Both the position numbers and the translations under genes were made by a program. The notes beneath the pieces were generated by a model that was given only the letters and a program-made list of their open reading frames with translations, did no database searches and was not told the DNA's origin. Below, one piece after another: positions 28,917 to 37,426 of a stretch of 64,000 nt of DNA. Numbering within the stretch: the stretch's first letter is position 1; every line of letters begins with the position of its first letter. The stretch is from positions 124,001-188,000 of IMG/VR virus record IMGVR_UViG_3300030102_006934; one strand, given 5' to 3'.

Positions 28917-29438
28917 ATGAATATCCGTAAAATCATAAAAGAAGAACTCCTTAAAGAGGTTGGTGGTTATGATGATTTAAGTGTTATGGGTCAACATGCT
29001 GGAGCTAGTATGGGAGTATTAACTAGTAGTTACCAAATTTTAATAGATCTATTAACAGATATAGCAAACTCACTTTTAGATAGTGAAAAAGGTTATAGTA
29101 AATTCTCTTTATCTAATTCAGTTATAGGTGATTTAGACAAAGTTACATCTGTAGTGATTAGTGATACTGAAAAAATTTTACAGGATTTTACGGAAGACGA
29201 TGTTATAAAAGAAGGTAAAAGATTTATTGCCCACCTTAAATCATTAGTAAAAAGAATTAGGTTAATATCTAACATGGTTTCTACTTACACAAAATCTGAA
29301 TACGAAGAAGAACTAAGAAAATTAGTGATGGAGTTTTTACCTAAAGCTAAAAAATATGGTGATACTTTGATAAAAAGTAATAACATGTTTAAAGGTAGAT
29401 TTTCTAGAGCAACTGGAGGAAATACTTTTTTCAATTAA
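28917..29438 (+). CDS. hypothetical protein with MNIRKIIKEELLKE leader; putative head cargo
   Basis: leader matches those of 1380 and 35503. Confidence 0.6.
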   Translation: MNIRKIIKEELLKEVGGYDDLSVMGQHAGASMGVLTSSYQILIDLLTDIANSLLDSEKGYSKFSLSNSVIGDLDKVTSVVISDTEKILQDFTEDDVIKEGKRFIAHLKSLVKRIRLISNMVSTYTKSEYEEELRKLVMEFLPKAKKYGDTLIKSNNMFKGRFSRATGGNTFFN

Positions 29439-29510
29439 AACTATTCACAACTAAATTTATTTTCCATATTATTGAACTAATAATTATTAATTTTAAAAAA
29501 GTTTAAAAAA

Positions 29511-29744
29511 ATGGATGACCAAATTACAAATTACTTTTTAGTAAAAGTACAGTTTGAGACTATTAACGAATCAAACGGAAAAACAAAAAAAATAAAAACA
29601 CAGTACTTGGTAGATTCGATGAGTTGTACTGAAGCAGAAACTAGGACACACCAATACTTAGAAGGTACTGTTTTAGATTATGAAATTGTATCAGCAGTTA
29701 AATCACCAATCGAGGATGTTATTAAAGTTGCTGTTCCAGCATAA
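29511..29744 (+). CDS. DUF4494-like protein
   Basis: VKVQFE....GKTKK...QYLVDSMSCTEAE; a family I associate with Bacteroidota. Confidence 0.7.
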   Translation: MDDQITNYFLVKVQFETINESNGKTKKIKTQYLVDSMSCTEAETRTHQYLEGTVLDYEIVSAVKSPIEDVIKVAVPA

Positions 29745-29767
29745 CAAATAAAAATCTTTAAACTATT

Positions 29768-29797
29768 AAAAGACTCAGAAATGGGTCTTTTTTTTTT
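29768..29797 (+). terminator. intrinsic terminator, probably bidirectional
   Basis: AAAAGACTCA-gaaa-TGGGTCTTTT then T-run. Confidence 0.8.
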
Positions 29798-30200
29798 AAT
29801 CCCAATATTCTTTAGGTAAACCAATCTTCTCAGCTAATTTCTTAAATAAACCTTCATGTTCTTCTGATTTGGGTAAGTCCTTACCAACTGCAGCATGTAT
29901 AAGTTCATGGGTTATAACCCATTTTAAGTATTCTACATCCTCTAAAGCTTTGGATTTAATACCCATTTTACCATTCTCACCATTTTTTGGGTGGTTAAAT
30001 CCCGCTATCTTACCATCTTTTATAGTATCATCTATTTTAATATCTATTGGTGGTAGTACTAGTTTATCACCTGTGACATCTAGGTAAACCCTTCCCAAAT
30101 CGTCCACAACATTATTTTTTATTTTAGATATCAAATAATTTGGGTTTTCAACACTTGGTACATCAGCTTCTCTCAGTACTTTTTTAATTAAACTTCTCAT
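29796..30200 (-). CDS. SprT-like zinc metalloprotease with MRSLIKKVLRE leader
   Basis: VITHELIHA...HEGLFKKLA; start set at 30200, downstream of the late motif at 30208-30215. Confidence 0.7.
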   Translation of the reverse strand: MRSLIKKVLREADVPSVENPNYLISKIKNNVVDDLGRVYLDVTGDKLVLPPIDIKIDDTIKDGKIAGFNHPKNGENGKMGIKSKALEDVEYLKWVITHELIHAAVGKDLPKSEEHEGLFKKLAEKIGLPKEYWD

Positions 30201-30337
30201 ACAAAAAATAAATATCACTCTTTTTTAACAAGAGAAATAAAAAAATAAAACTTTTCCACACTTTTAACATATTTATTGAGAAACACGCAACGAGTTGCGC
30301 TGTTTTAAATAATAATTTTTTTAAAAAAAAATAAAAA

Positions 30338-31576
30338 ATGGCAAATGAAAGAAAGTCTATCATCGATGAAGCCCTTTTAGAAAGCGCTCAAATTGAGAAA
30401 GCTTTTGAAGCCAACGCAAAAGAAATACTGACTCGTACAATGAGTTCAGAAATTGAAGAAATGGTAAAGGAATCTTTAGAAGGTTCGATTGGTTTAACGG
30501 AGGATGAAGATGAAGAGAAAGATGAGTTAGAGTTAGATCTAGAATTAGGTGACTCTGATGAAATGGATGCCAGCGGTGCTGGTGAAGAAGTTGACCTAGA
30601 AATGGGTGAACTAGAAATGGATGATGAACCAATGGATGGTGAAATCGAAATGGATGATGTTGAAAGTATTGACTTAACAACAACAGAAATGCCTGAAGTA
30701 ATTAACGTATTCAAGAAAATGAGTGACGATGATGAAATAGAGGTTGTAACTGATGGTGGTAATGTTGAGATTAAAGACACAGAAACTGGTGCTGAGTACA
30801 GAATAGAACTTGGTGGTGAAGAAAGTGAAATGGAGGACATGGAAGCAGATATGGTTGACATGGAACCAGAAATGGGAGATATGGACCCTATGGAACTTGA
30901 TAACGAAGATGAGTCTGAAGAAGAAGAAGTCGAATACCAAGTGGTACTAGATGATGAAGATGAAGATGATGAAGATGGAATGGAAGACGAAATGTCTGGA
31001 GGTGATTACATGGATGACATGGAAGAGGGTAAATCCCCAAGAACACTTTCTAAGGCAAGTAAGCAACCTAATAGAAAATCTGCTGATATCAATAGTAATC
31101 GTATGAAAATGGGTGAGTCTAAAAAACCAAAGTTCTTAAAATTAATTAACGAAAACAAAGATCTTAAAAATAAAGTAGGTTCTATCACTAGTGAAAATGA
31201 AACATTAAAAGAAGACTACAACAAAATGGTTGATGCTTTAAAACAATTTAGAGATAAACTTAATGAAGTAGCCGTTTTCAATAGTAATTTAACTTATTCA
31301 GTTAGATTGTTCACAGAGAACACAACTACAAAAGAAGAAAAATTAGAAATAATCAAGAGATTTGATGACGTTAAAACTTTGAAGGAATCTAAAGCTACCT
31401 ATAAAGGTTTAGTAAAAGAGATTTCTAAAAAAGAACCTATCAAAGAATCTGTTGAGGAAAAATTAAATGAAACTAAAACAAGTGGTTCATCAACAGAAAT
31501 TAATGAATCACAAGTGTATGTTAATCCAGAGTTAGAAAAAATGAAGAAACTTTGGGATTACCAATATAAGCACTAA
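30338..31576 (+). CDS. prohead scaffold/core protein (gp22-like)
   Basis: acidic region plus coiled coil, immediately upstream of the MCP; many (I/L)xE sites. Confidence 0.8.
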   Translation: MANERKSIIDEALLESAQIEKAFEANAKEILTRTMSSEIEEMVKESLEGSIGLTEDEDEEKDELELDLELGDSDEMDASGAGEEVDLEMGELEMDDEPMDGEIEMDDVESIDLTTTEMPEVINVFKKMSDDDEIEVVTDGGNVEIKDTETGAEYRIELGGEESEMEDMEADMVDMEPEMGDMDPMELDNEDESEEEEVEYQVVLDDEDEDDEDGMEDEMSGGDYMDDMEEGKSPRTLSKASKQPNRKSADINSNRMKMGESKKPKFLKLINENKDLKNKVGSITSENETLKEDYNKMVDALKQFRDKLNEVAVFNSNLTYSVRLFTENTTTKEEKLEIIKRFDDVKTLKESKATYKGLVKEISKKEPIKESVEEKLNETKTSGSSTEINESQVYVNPELEKMKKLWDYQYKH

Positions 31577-31603
31577 TAACAAAAAATTAAAAAACCTAAA
31601 AAA

Positions 31604-33406
31604 ATGGGATATTTATTAAAATCAGGAGAAGTTGGTAACATCGGACTTAAGCACCAAAAAGCTGTTCGTGAAGCGACTGTCTCTAAATGGAATGACTTAG
31701 GGTTCTTAGAAGGACTTAATGGTCACACAAGAGAAAACATTGCTTTGTTATATGAAAACACTGCATCTTCTCTAATTAGCGAAACTACTGACGCGGGGAA
31801 CTCTGGTTCTTTCGAAACTGTAGTTTTCCCAATCGTTAGAAGAGTATTTTCTAAATTATTAGCTAACGATATCGTATCTGTACAAGCTATGAACTTACCA
31901 ATCGGTAAATTGTTCTACTTCGTACCTAAAACATCTGACAGAATTTTCGAAAATGGATGGCCAGCATCAGGTGGTACAGCAAAACATGGTGAACCAATCG
32001 TTACTACTTGTTTAACAGGTGGTGACTGTGACCCAACTACTTACTCTGAATGTGCTAAAAATCTATATGATAGATTCTACAATGACGGAATGTTTGACCA
32101 ATCAAAAGGTAAAATTACTGTTGTTGCGACTAACGCTGACCCAGTTGTTTGGACGGCTTGTACTGACGGTCAAGCTGGTAATGAATTTACTGGTGGTGTT
32201 TCTGCATTTGCTGGTGACGGTTCGGTTAGAACTCAAATCCTTAAAATGTGTGAATTCAATGACGCTGGAGCTGGTAGATTAACTGGTCCTAACGGAAACG
32301 AAATGGATACTGAGGAATTCTTAGCATCTTTAATGGTTACTGTTGATGGTCCTATCGTTGATAAAGATAACCAAGTTATTTTTGAATCTGGTGACCAAGT
32401 ACCAGTAAGAGTTGTTACTCAAAAATACGGAAGAGGTATCGTTGATTACGGTGATATCTGTGACGCTGATGGATGTATATACTTAGAGGCTGATTTAACT
32501 CACCCAGTATGTGCAACTTGTGAAAGTGGTACTTTAGATGGTTACATCGGAGCTACTTCTGGAACAACAGCTATCGTTCCTGGTGTTGCTTCAACTGACT
32601 TAGGTGGAACTAACTTCGTAGTTACTTTCAGACAGTACGCAAACTTAGAACTTGAATCTCAAATGGGAGAAGTTTCTTTCGAATTAGAATCTGTAACTGT
32701 TTCTGTAACAGAAAGAAAACTAAGAGCTACTTGGACTCCTGAGTTAGCACAAGATGTATCAGCATTCCATAACATTGATGCTGAAGCTGAATTAACAGCA
32801 TTATTATCTGAACAAGTTGCGGCGGAAATTGACCGTGAAATCTTAAGAGACTTAAGAACAGGTGCGGCTTGGACATTAAGATGGGATTATGACGGATGGA
32901 AGAGATTACCTTCTGGTCAAGCTGCTTACACTCAAAAAGATTGGAACCAGACTTTGATTACGGCAATCAACCAAATTTCAGCACAAATCCATAAGTCTAC
33001 TTTAAGAGGTGGGGCTAACTTTATCGTGGTTTCTTCTGAGGTATCAGCTATTTTTGATGACTTAGAGTACTTCCACGTATCTAACGCTTCTCCAGAACAA
33101 GATAACTATAACATGGGTATTGAGAGAGTAGGTTCTTTATCAGGTAGATATACTGTATATAGAGACCCATACGCTCCAGCTAACACCGTGTTACTTGGAC
33201 ATAAAGGTCAATCATTATTGGATACTGGGTACATTTACGCACCTTACGTTCCATTACAATTGACACCTACAATGTATAACCCATTCAACTTCGTACCTGT
33301 TAAAGGTATCATGACTCGTTACGCTAAGAAAATGGTTAATAACCGTTTCTACGGAACAATCAACGTTGATGGTATTCGTACATTTGATGTTAGAGAATTA
33401 AGATAA
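31604..33406 (+). CDS. major capsid protein (T4 gp23-like)
   Basis: PIVRRVF..LLANDIVSVQAM..P.G, RKLRATWTPELAQD..AFHNIDAEAEL, YAPYVPL, GIMTRY; likely cleavage at LISE|T. Confidence 0.96.
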   Translation: MGYLLKSGEVGNIGLKHQKAVREATVSKWNDLGFLEGLNGHTRENIALLYENTASSLISETTDAGNSGSFETVVFPIVRRVFSKLLANDIVSVQAMNLPIGKLFYFVPKTSDRIFENGWPASGGTAKHGEPIVTTCLTGGDCDPTTYSECAKNLYDRFYNDGMFDQSKGKITVVATNADPVVWTACTDGQAGNEFTGGVSAFAGDGSVRTQILKMCEFNDAGAGRLTGPNGNEMDTEEFLASLMVTVDGPIVDKDNQVIFESGDQVPVRVVTQKYGRGIVDYGDICDADGCIYLEADLTHPVCATCESGTLDGYIGATSGTTAIVPGVASTDLGGTNFVVTFRQYANLELESQMGEVSFELESVTVSVTERKLRATWTPELAQDVSAFHNIDAEAELTALLSEQVAAEIDREILRDLRTGAAWTLRWDYDGWKRLPSGQAAYTQKDWNQTLITAINQISAQIHKSTLRGGANFIVVSSEVSAIFDDLEYFHVSNASPEQDNYNMGIERVGSLSGRYTVYRDPYAPANTVLLGHKGQSLLDTGYIYAPYVPLQLTPTMYNPFNFVPVKGIMTRYAKKMVNNRFYGTINVDGIRTFDVRELR

Positions 33407-33428
33407 TATAAATCTTAAATAATAACTG

Positions 33429-33459
33429 AAGGGGGAACTAAATTAGTTCCCCCTTTTTT
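33429..33459 (+). terminator. intrinsic terminator after MCP
   Basis: AAGGGGGAACTA-aat-TAGTTCCCCCTT then TTTT. Confidence 0.9.
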
Positions 33460-33633
33460 ATTTTAACTAAATTACTAGATATTTATTTAATGAGATAATA
33501 ATAAAATTAAAAAAATACAAAACGGTATAATAATTACCGATTCGGTGTATAAAATTACTGATGAACTAAGTTAGACCCTAACACATCGATTTCTTTTGAA
33601 GTTTTCAGTTAGTAGTTGATAACTTGAATATAT

Positions 33634-33665
33634 AAAAAAAAGGGAATCATTTAGATTCCCTTTTT
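33634..33665. terminator. bidirectional intrinsic terminator
   Basis: A-run, GGGAATC-attta-GATTCCC, T-run. Confidence 0.85.
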
Positions 33666-33684
33666 GAATAATAAAGAACTTAGG

Positions 33685-34425
33685 TTATTCCCTAACACCC
33701 CTTTTTTGAGCCTGTTCTTTATTTGTTAAACCACTCTCTAACCTTTTGTTAATAATATCCATAGCTTCACTAGGTAACATGGAGTAGACTTTCATGGCGT
33801 TACTAACTCCCATTTGTGAATCTTTCACATCCCAAAGGGTAATCCCATCTGATTTCTTTAGGTCATTATGAAAGGCTATTTTAGCGAAGTCGTTGGTTCG
33901 AGATTCGGCGTCAGTGACTTTTTTATCAATTACAAAAACTAAAATACCATTATCAGTGTATTGTTTATAGTATTTACCGTAGTTATGGTCTTCACTAGAA
34001 ACACACCATTTAGTCCCTTTACCATATAAGTTAGAACTTCTAACACTTAATGGGAATAAAACCAACCATCTATCATCTTCATATAGTACTTCTGTTTCTT
34101 TCTTTTTAACTTCAGAACGTGTAATTTTTTCTTTAGCTACTTTAACAGCGTTGATAATATCTTGATTGGATTCGTAGGAGTAAATATCTTTATTATCTAA
34201 CAAATTTCTTTCAGATAAATCTTCGAAGTCTTTGATTACCTCAAACATTTCTTTAAAAGTTTCGTTTTTAAGTTCAGTATTAATCCACTTGACCCAATCT
34301 GAGGTACACTTTATCATAAAGGGTAGGTACTTATTTGTTTTAGTTGGGTCCATCTCCGCTAGAACACCAATAACATCAATAAGGTAGGTTGGGTTTTTTT
34401 CTTTTAGTTCCTTAATTTTTGCCAT
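33685..34425 (-). CDS. YGxGTKWC-domain protein (tentatively PcfJ-like), paralog of 1380-2924; start probably 34425
   Basis: DPTKTNKYLPFM...WLVLFPLSVRSSNLYGKGTKWCVSS...FVIDK. Confidence 0.6.
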   Translation of the reverse strand: MAKIKELKEKNPTYLIDVIGVLAEMDPTKTNKYLPFMIKCTSDWVKWINTELKNETFKEMFEVIKDFEDLSERNLLDNKDIYSYESNQDIINAVKVAKEKITRSEVKKKETEVLYEDDRWLVLFPLSVRSSNLYGKGTKWCVSSEDHNYGKYYKQYTDNGILVFVIDKKVTDAESRTNDFAKIAFHNDLKKSDGITLWDVKDSQMGVSNAMKVYSMLPSEAMDIINKRLESGLTNKEQAQKRGVRE

Positions 34426-34454
34426 TTTTTTATCTTTTTTGATTATTAACAATA

Positions 34455-34485
34455 CAAATATAGTTATTTTTTATAAACTAACAAA
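34455..34485 (-). promoter_or_regulatory. Bacteroidota-type housekeeping promoter
   Basis: - strand TTTG (34485-34482), 19-nt spacer, TATATTTG (34462-34455). Confidence 0.7.
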
Positions 34486-34542
34486 CATTTTATTAAAAAT
34501 TTTTATAAAAACTTAGATATTTATATAAAAAACAAATTTGTA

Positions 34543-34950
34543 ATGAAAAAAGTAATAAAAATAAACGAGTCTCAATTAGAGTACCTAGTTAAGAAAGTTA
34601 TAAAAGAAGAAGAAAAAGAAACTAAAAAAACTACAGTAACTAAACATCCAGCTTATCCAGCCGTGGATAAATTAGAAAGAGCTTTAGAAGATTTAAAGAT
34701 GGAGTTTAAAGATAGTATTGCTAATGCAGTATCTGGTTCTGATGGTTATCACAGTGAAATAGATAAGTTTTCTGAAGATTTTGGTAAATTTATTACTAAG
34801 GTTTCTAAAATGAAAAGTAAAATCAATGATTATCAAATAGCGAATAAAGATAAGGAGGTGGCTGAAGCTAAGAAACGGAAAGAAAAACAGCGTCAGTACC
34901 AAAATTATATGAGAGAAAAGGCTAGAAATGAAGGTCGTAACTATTATTAA
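34543..34950 (+). CDS. hypothetical protein with VIKINESQL..KKVIKEE leader; putative head cargo
   Basis: late motif at 34517; leader shared with 28592. Confidence 0.6.
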   Translation: MKKVIKINESQLEYLVKKVIKEEEKETKKTTVTKHPAYPAVDKLERALEDLKMEFKDSIANAVSGSDGYHSEIDKFSEDFGKFITKVSKMKSKINDYQIANKDKEVAEAKKRKEKQRQYQNYMREKARNEGRNYY

Positions 34951-34961
34951 AATAAATTGTT

Positions 34962-35501
34962 ATGAGAAGATTTGACAAAAGAAATATTATTACAGAAGCT
35001 AATCAAAGATTAGAAAGAGAATACATAAAAAGTAAAACACTTATAAAAGAAGATATTTTAGAATTAAAACAAATGTCTAAACAAATCTATTCTTACCTAA
35101 AAAAGAAAGGTTACGAGGTTAAAATGAAAACTGAAAAAGGTGAGTCTAGAAAGTCTTTTGATACTAATTTAGATTTAAATGATACTATTCAGTTAGTGAT
35201 ACAAGAAGGAACTGAAGTAGTCATGATAGCTTTACCAGTTCGTGCTGTCGTTAAGAAGTTAACCGGTGATAAGGACCTTAATTCAAGTACGGAAGCTGAT
35301 AAATACGGTAAAGATTTTCAAGATTGGTATGTAAATAAAGAGGTGACTAACTACGTTGATAAATTAGGTGATGAATTAGTTTCACAGTTAAAATCTAAAT
35401 ACCCAACTATGAGACATGGTTTTGATAAAGATGATTCTAGAATGTTTTATTTTATGAGATTTGGTTACGGTAGAAATAAAAAGGGTGGTGATATAAAATA
35501 A
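34962..35501 (+). CDS. hypothetical protein with MRRxDKR..I.EANQRLE leader
   Basis: leader shared with 35791 and 36255. Confidence 0.65.
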   Translation: MRRFDKRNIITEANQRLEREYIKSKTLIKEDILELKQMSKQIYSYLKKKGYEVKMKTEKGESRKSFDTNLDLNDTIQLVIQEGTEVVMIALPVRAVVKKLTGDKDLNSSTEADKYGKDFQDWYVNKEVTNYVDKLGDELVSQLKSKYPTMRHGFDKDDSRMFYFMRFGYGRNKKGGDIK

Positions 35502-35502
35502 A

Positions 35503-35781
35503 GTGAGAAACTTAATCCGTAAAATATTAAAAGAAGAATCAGATAAGCAAACTGATTTAGCCAACTCTAATAGTACTGAACGTAATATATGTGATGATTT
35601 TAGTGTTGATACTTACGAGGAATTGATTGATTTGATTAATAAAGCACACGTCTCAAAAGAAGATGACCCAAAAATAGAAAAATTACTAATTCAGTTGAAG
35701 AAGGATAATGACCGATTGGGTAATGATTTGGATAACTTAAACACCTATCAACATAAGATAGCTAATTTACTGTGTAAATAA
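35503..35781 (+). CDS. hypothetical protein with MRNLIRKILKEE leader (GTG start)
   Basis: leader shared with 14335 and 30200. Confidence 0.6.
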   Translation: MRNLIRKILKEESDKQTDLANSNSTERNICDDFSVDTYEELIDLINKAHVSKEDDPKIEKLLIQLKKDNDRLGNDLDNLNTYQHKIANLLCK

Positions 35782-35790
35782 AAAATAAAA

Positions 35791-36249
35791 ATGAGAAGAC
35801 AGGATAAAAGAATGGTTATTAAGGAAGCTAATCAAAGATTAGAATTAAACCATGTTTTAAAAACAAAACATTTCTTAACAGAAGAAGAAATACAAAATTT
35901 AGATGAGGGTATCAAAGATTGGATAGCTAAAGGTTTAATAGCCATTACATTATTGGGTGGGGGTATGAAATTATACCACATGGACCAACAAGCAGCACAA
36001 GATAAACATGATAGGACTGAGTATTATGAAAAAGCTTTAAAAGACCAAGTGACTAAAACAGAGACTAGGGACTTAGCTAAGTTAGGTTTAGAGATAAATA
36101 AAGAAACTAATAAAGTTAAATTAGCTTACGGTACTTCATCCGAAGATGCTGATGGATTGTTTAAGTCTTACGCTGAGTCTTACATGAAACAACACCCACA
36201 TGAATTTGGTATTGGTACTGACGGTACTATCTATTGGTTACAAAAGTAA
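35791..36249 (+). CDS. hypothetical protein with MRRxDKR leader and one hydrophobic helix
   Basis: MRRQDKRMVIKEANQRLE; WIAKGLIAITLLGGGM. Confidence 0.65.
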   Translation: MRRQDKRMVIKEANQRLELNHVLKTKHFLTEEEIQNLDEGIKDWIAKGLIAITLLGGGMKLYHMDQQAAQDKHDRTEYYEKALKDQVTKTETRDLAKLGLEINKETNKVKLAYGTSSEDADGLFKSYAESYMKQHPHEFGIGTDGTIYWLQK

Positions 36250-36254
36250 TTGAC

Positions 36255-37241
36255 ATGAGAAGGTATGATAAGCGAAGGAATATTATGGAATCTAACTTAA
36301 GGTTAGAGAGGGAATTTATTGCCAGTAAATCTATAACAGTAAATGATTTTATTTTAGAAAATATATCCGAAAGTCAATATATTTCTATGTTAAAAGAATC
36401 ATGTGATGAGCTAGGGATAGAATACGATAATCAACTTAATGAAGAAAGGGGTTTAATAACTGAAGAAGGCTTTACTTTAATGGCAATAAGTGCGGCGTTA
36501 GCGTCTGGTAAATTGTTCGATTTAATTGGTTCATTTTTTAGAAAAGCTTGGAATTTTATTAGTAAACAAATAGCTAAAAAAAGTAAAACATGCAAAGAGG
36601 TATCAAAGGATGAAAGAGGTAAGTGTGCTGAAGCTTTGTTAGCTTCAGGTAAAGGCCCTAAAATTTTAGGTAAGACTTGGTTTGAAAAGGCTGGTGAGTG
36701 GATACATGAAAATATAATAATGACTTTATTTAGGGTTGTCGCTATTGTTTTGTTAGATACCGCACAAGGGATTTTTAGTTCTGGTAAAAAATCTGATGAA
36801 GTACAACAAGACTATTACGGTGGGCCGAAAGGTACCTTTATTGAGGGTGGTAAGTGGGTTGATGATGATAAATTAGTCGATATGGTTGCAAATACTTTAT
36901 TTTATGCAACAATTACTATTGTTGGTTATTTTGGCTTAAAAGAACTATATGCTCTTGGAAAGGATGGTATTGCCACTTTTACTGGTGTAGTAGAGATTGT
37001 TACTTCGGTAACTAAAGGTTATGAATTAATATTACTAGTTATAGCAACAGTAGTAATAAAAAGAGGTTTAGTTAAGTCTTCAGACACTTCTGGTGTTGCT
37101 CATACATTGGGTGAGTGTTTAGAGGGTGGTGGTAAAATAGGTAAAATATTTAAACAGGTAAAAAAGATGAAAAAGGATGATAGTTATAGTCAGGAGGTTC
37201 TAGCTTGTTTAAATAAAAGTTTAGAATTAGCTCATCATTAA
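36255..37241 (+). CDS. hypothetical protein with MRRxDKR leader and several hydrophobic helices (start 36255)
   Basis: MRRYDKRRNIMESNLRLE; FTLMAISAALA, LFRVVAIVLL, LFYATITIVGYFG, LILLVIATVVI. Confidence 0.65.
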   Translation: MRRYDKRRNIMESNLRLEREFIASKSITVNDFILENISESQYISMLKESCDELGIEYDNQLNEERGLITEEGFTLMAISAALASGKLFDLIGSFFRKAWNFISKQIAKKSKTCKEVSKDERGKCAEALLASGKGPKILGKTWFEKAGEWIHENIIMTLFRVVAIVLLDTAQGIFSSGKKSDEVQQDYYGGPKGTFIEGGKWVDDDKLVDMVANTLFYATITIVGYFGLKELYALGKDGIATFTGVVEIVTSVTKGYELILLVIATVVIKRGLVKSSDTSGVAHTLGECLEGGGKIGKIFKQVKKMKKDDSYSQEVLACLNKSLELAHH

Positions 37242-37394
37242 TTTTTTTAAGAAAAAATTATAATAAAATAAAAAATGGGGCGGGATATGAAATTAAAGAT
37301 ATCACGTATTATGAAATGGGGTCTAAAGAACCTTCTTTAGTAAAAGTATTGGTTACAAAAATAAAATTGCGAACAAACTATATCGATAGTTAGG

Positions 37395-37419
37395 AAGGTC
37401 TGAGAAATCAGACCTTTTT
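37395..37419. terminator. terminator at the convergence of the two large gene blocks
   Basis: AAGGTCTGA-gaaa-TCAGACCTT then T-run. Confidence 0.85.
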
Positions 37420-37426
37420 ATTTTTT

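Noticed and set aside
33558-33610. CTGATGA resembling a hammerhead ribozyme core
   Set aside because: No correctly placed GAAA after a stem II, and no stems I/III could be built.
37217-37393. Open frame ..NGAGYEIKDITYYEMGSKEPSLVKV.. in the convergence gap
   Set aside because: No suitable start near its 5' end; at most a gene remnant, so not called.
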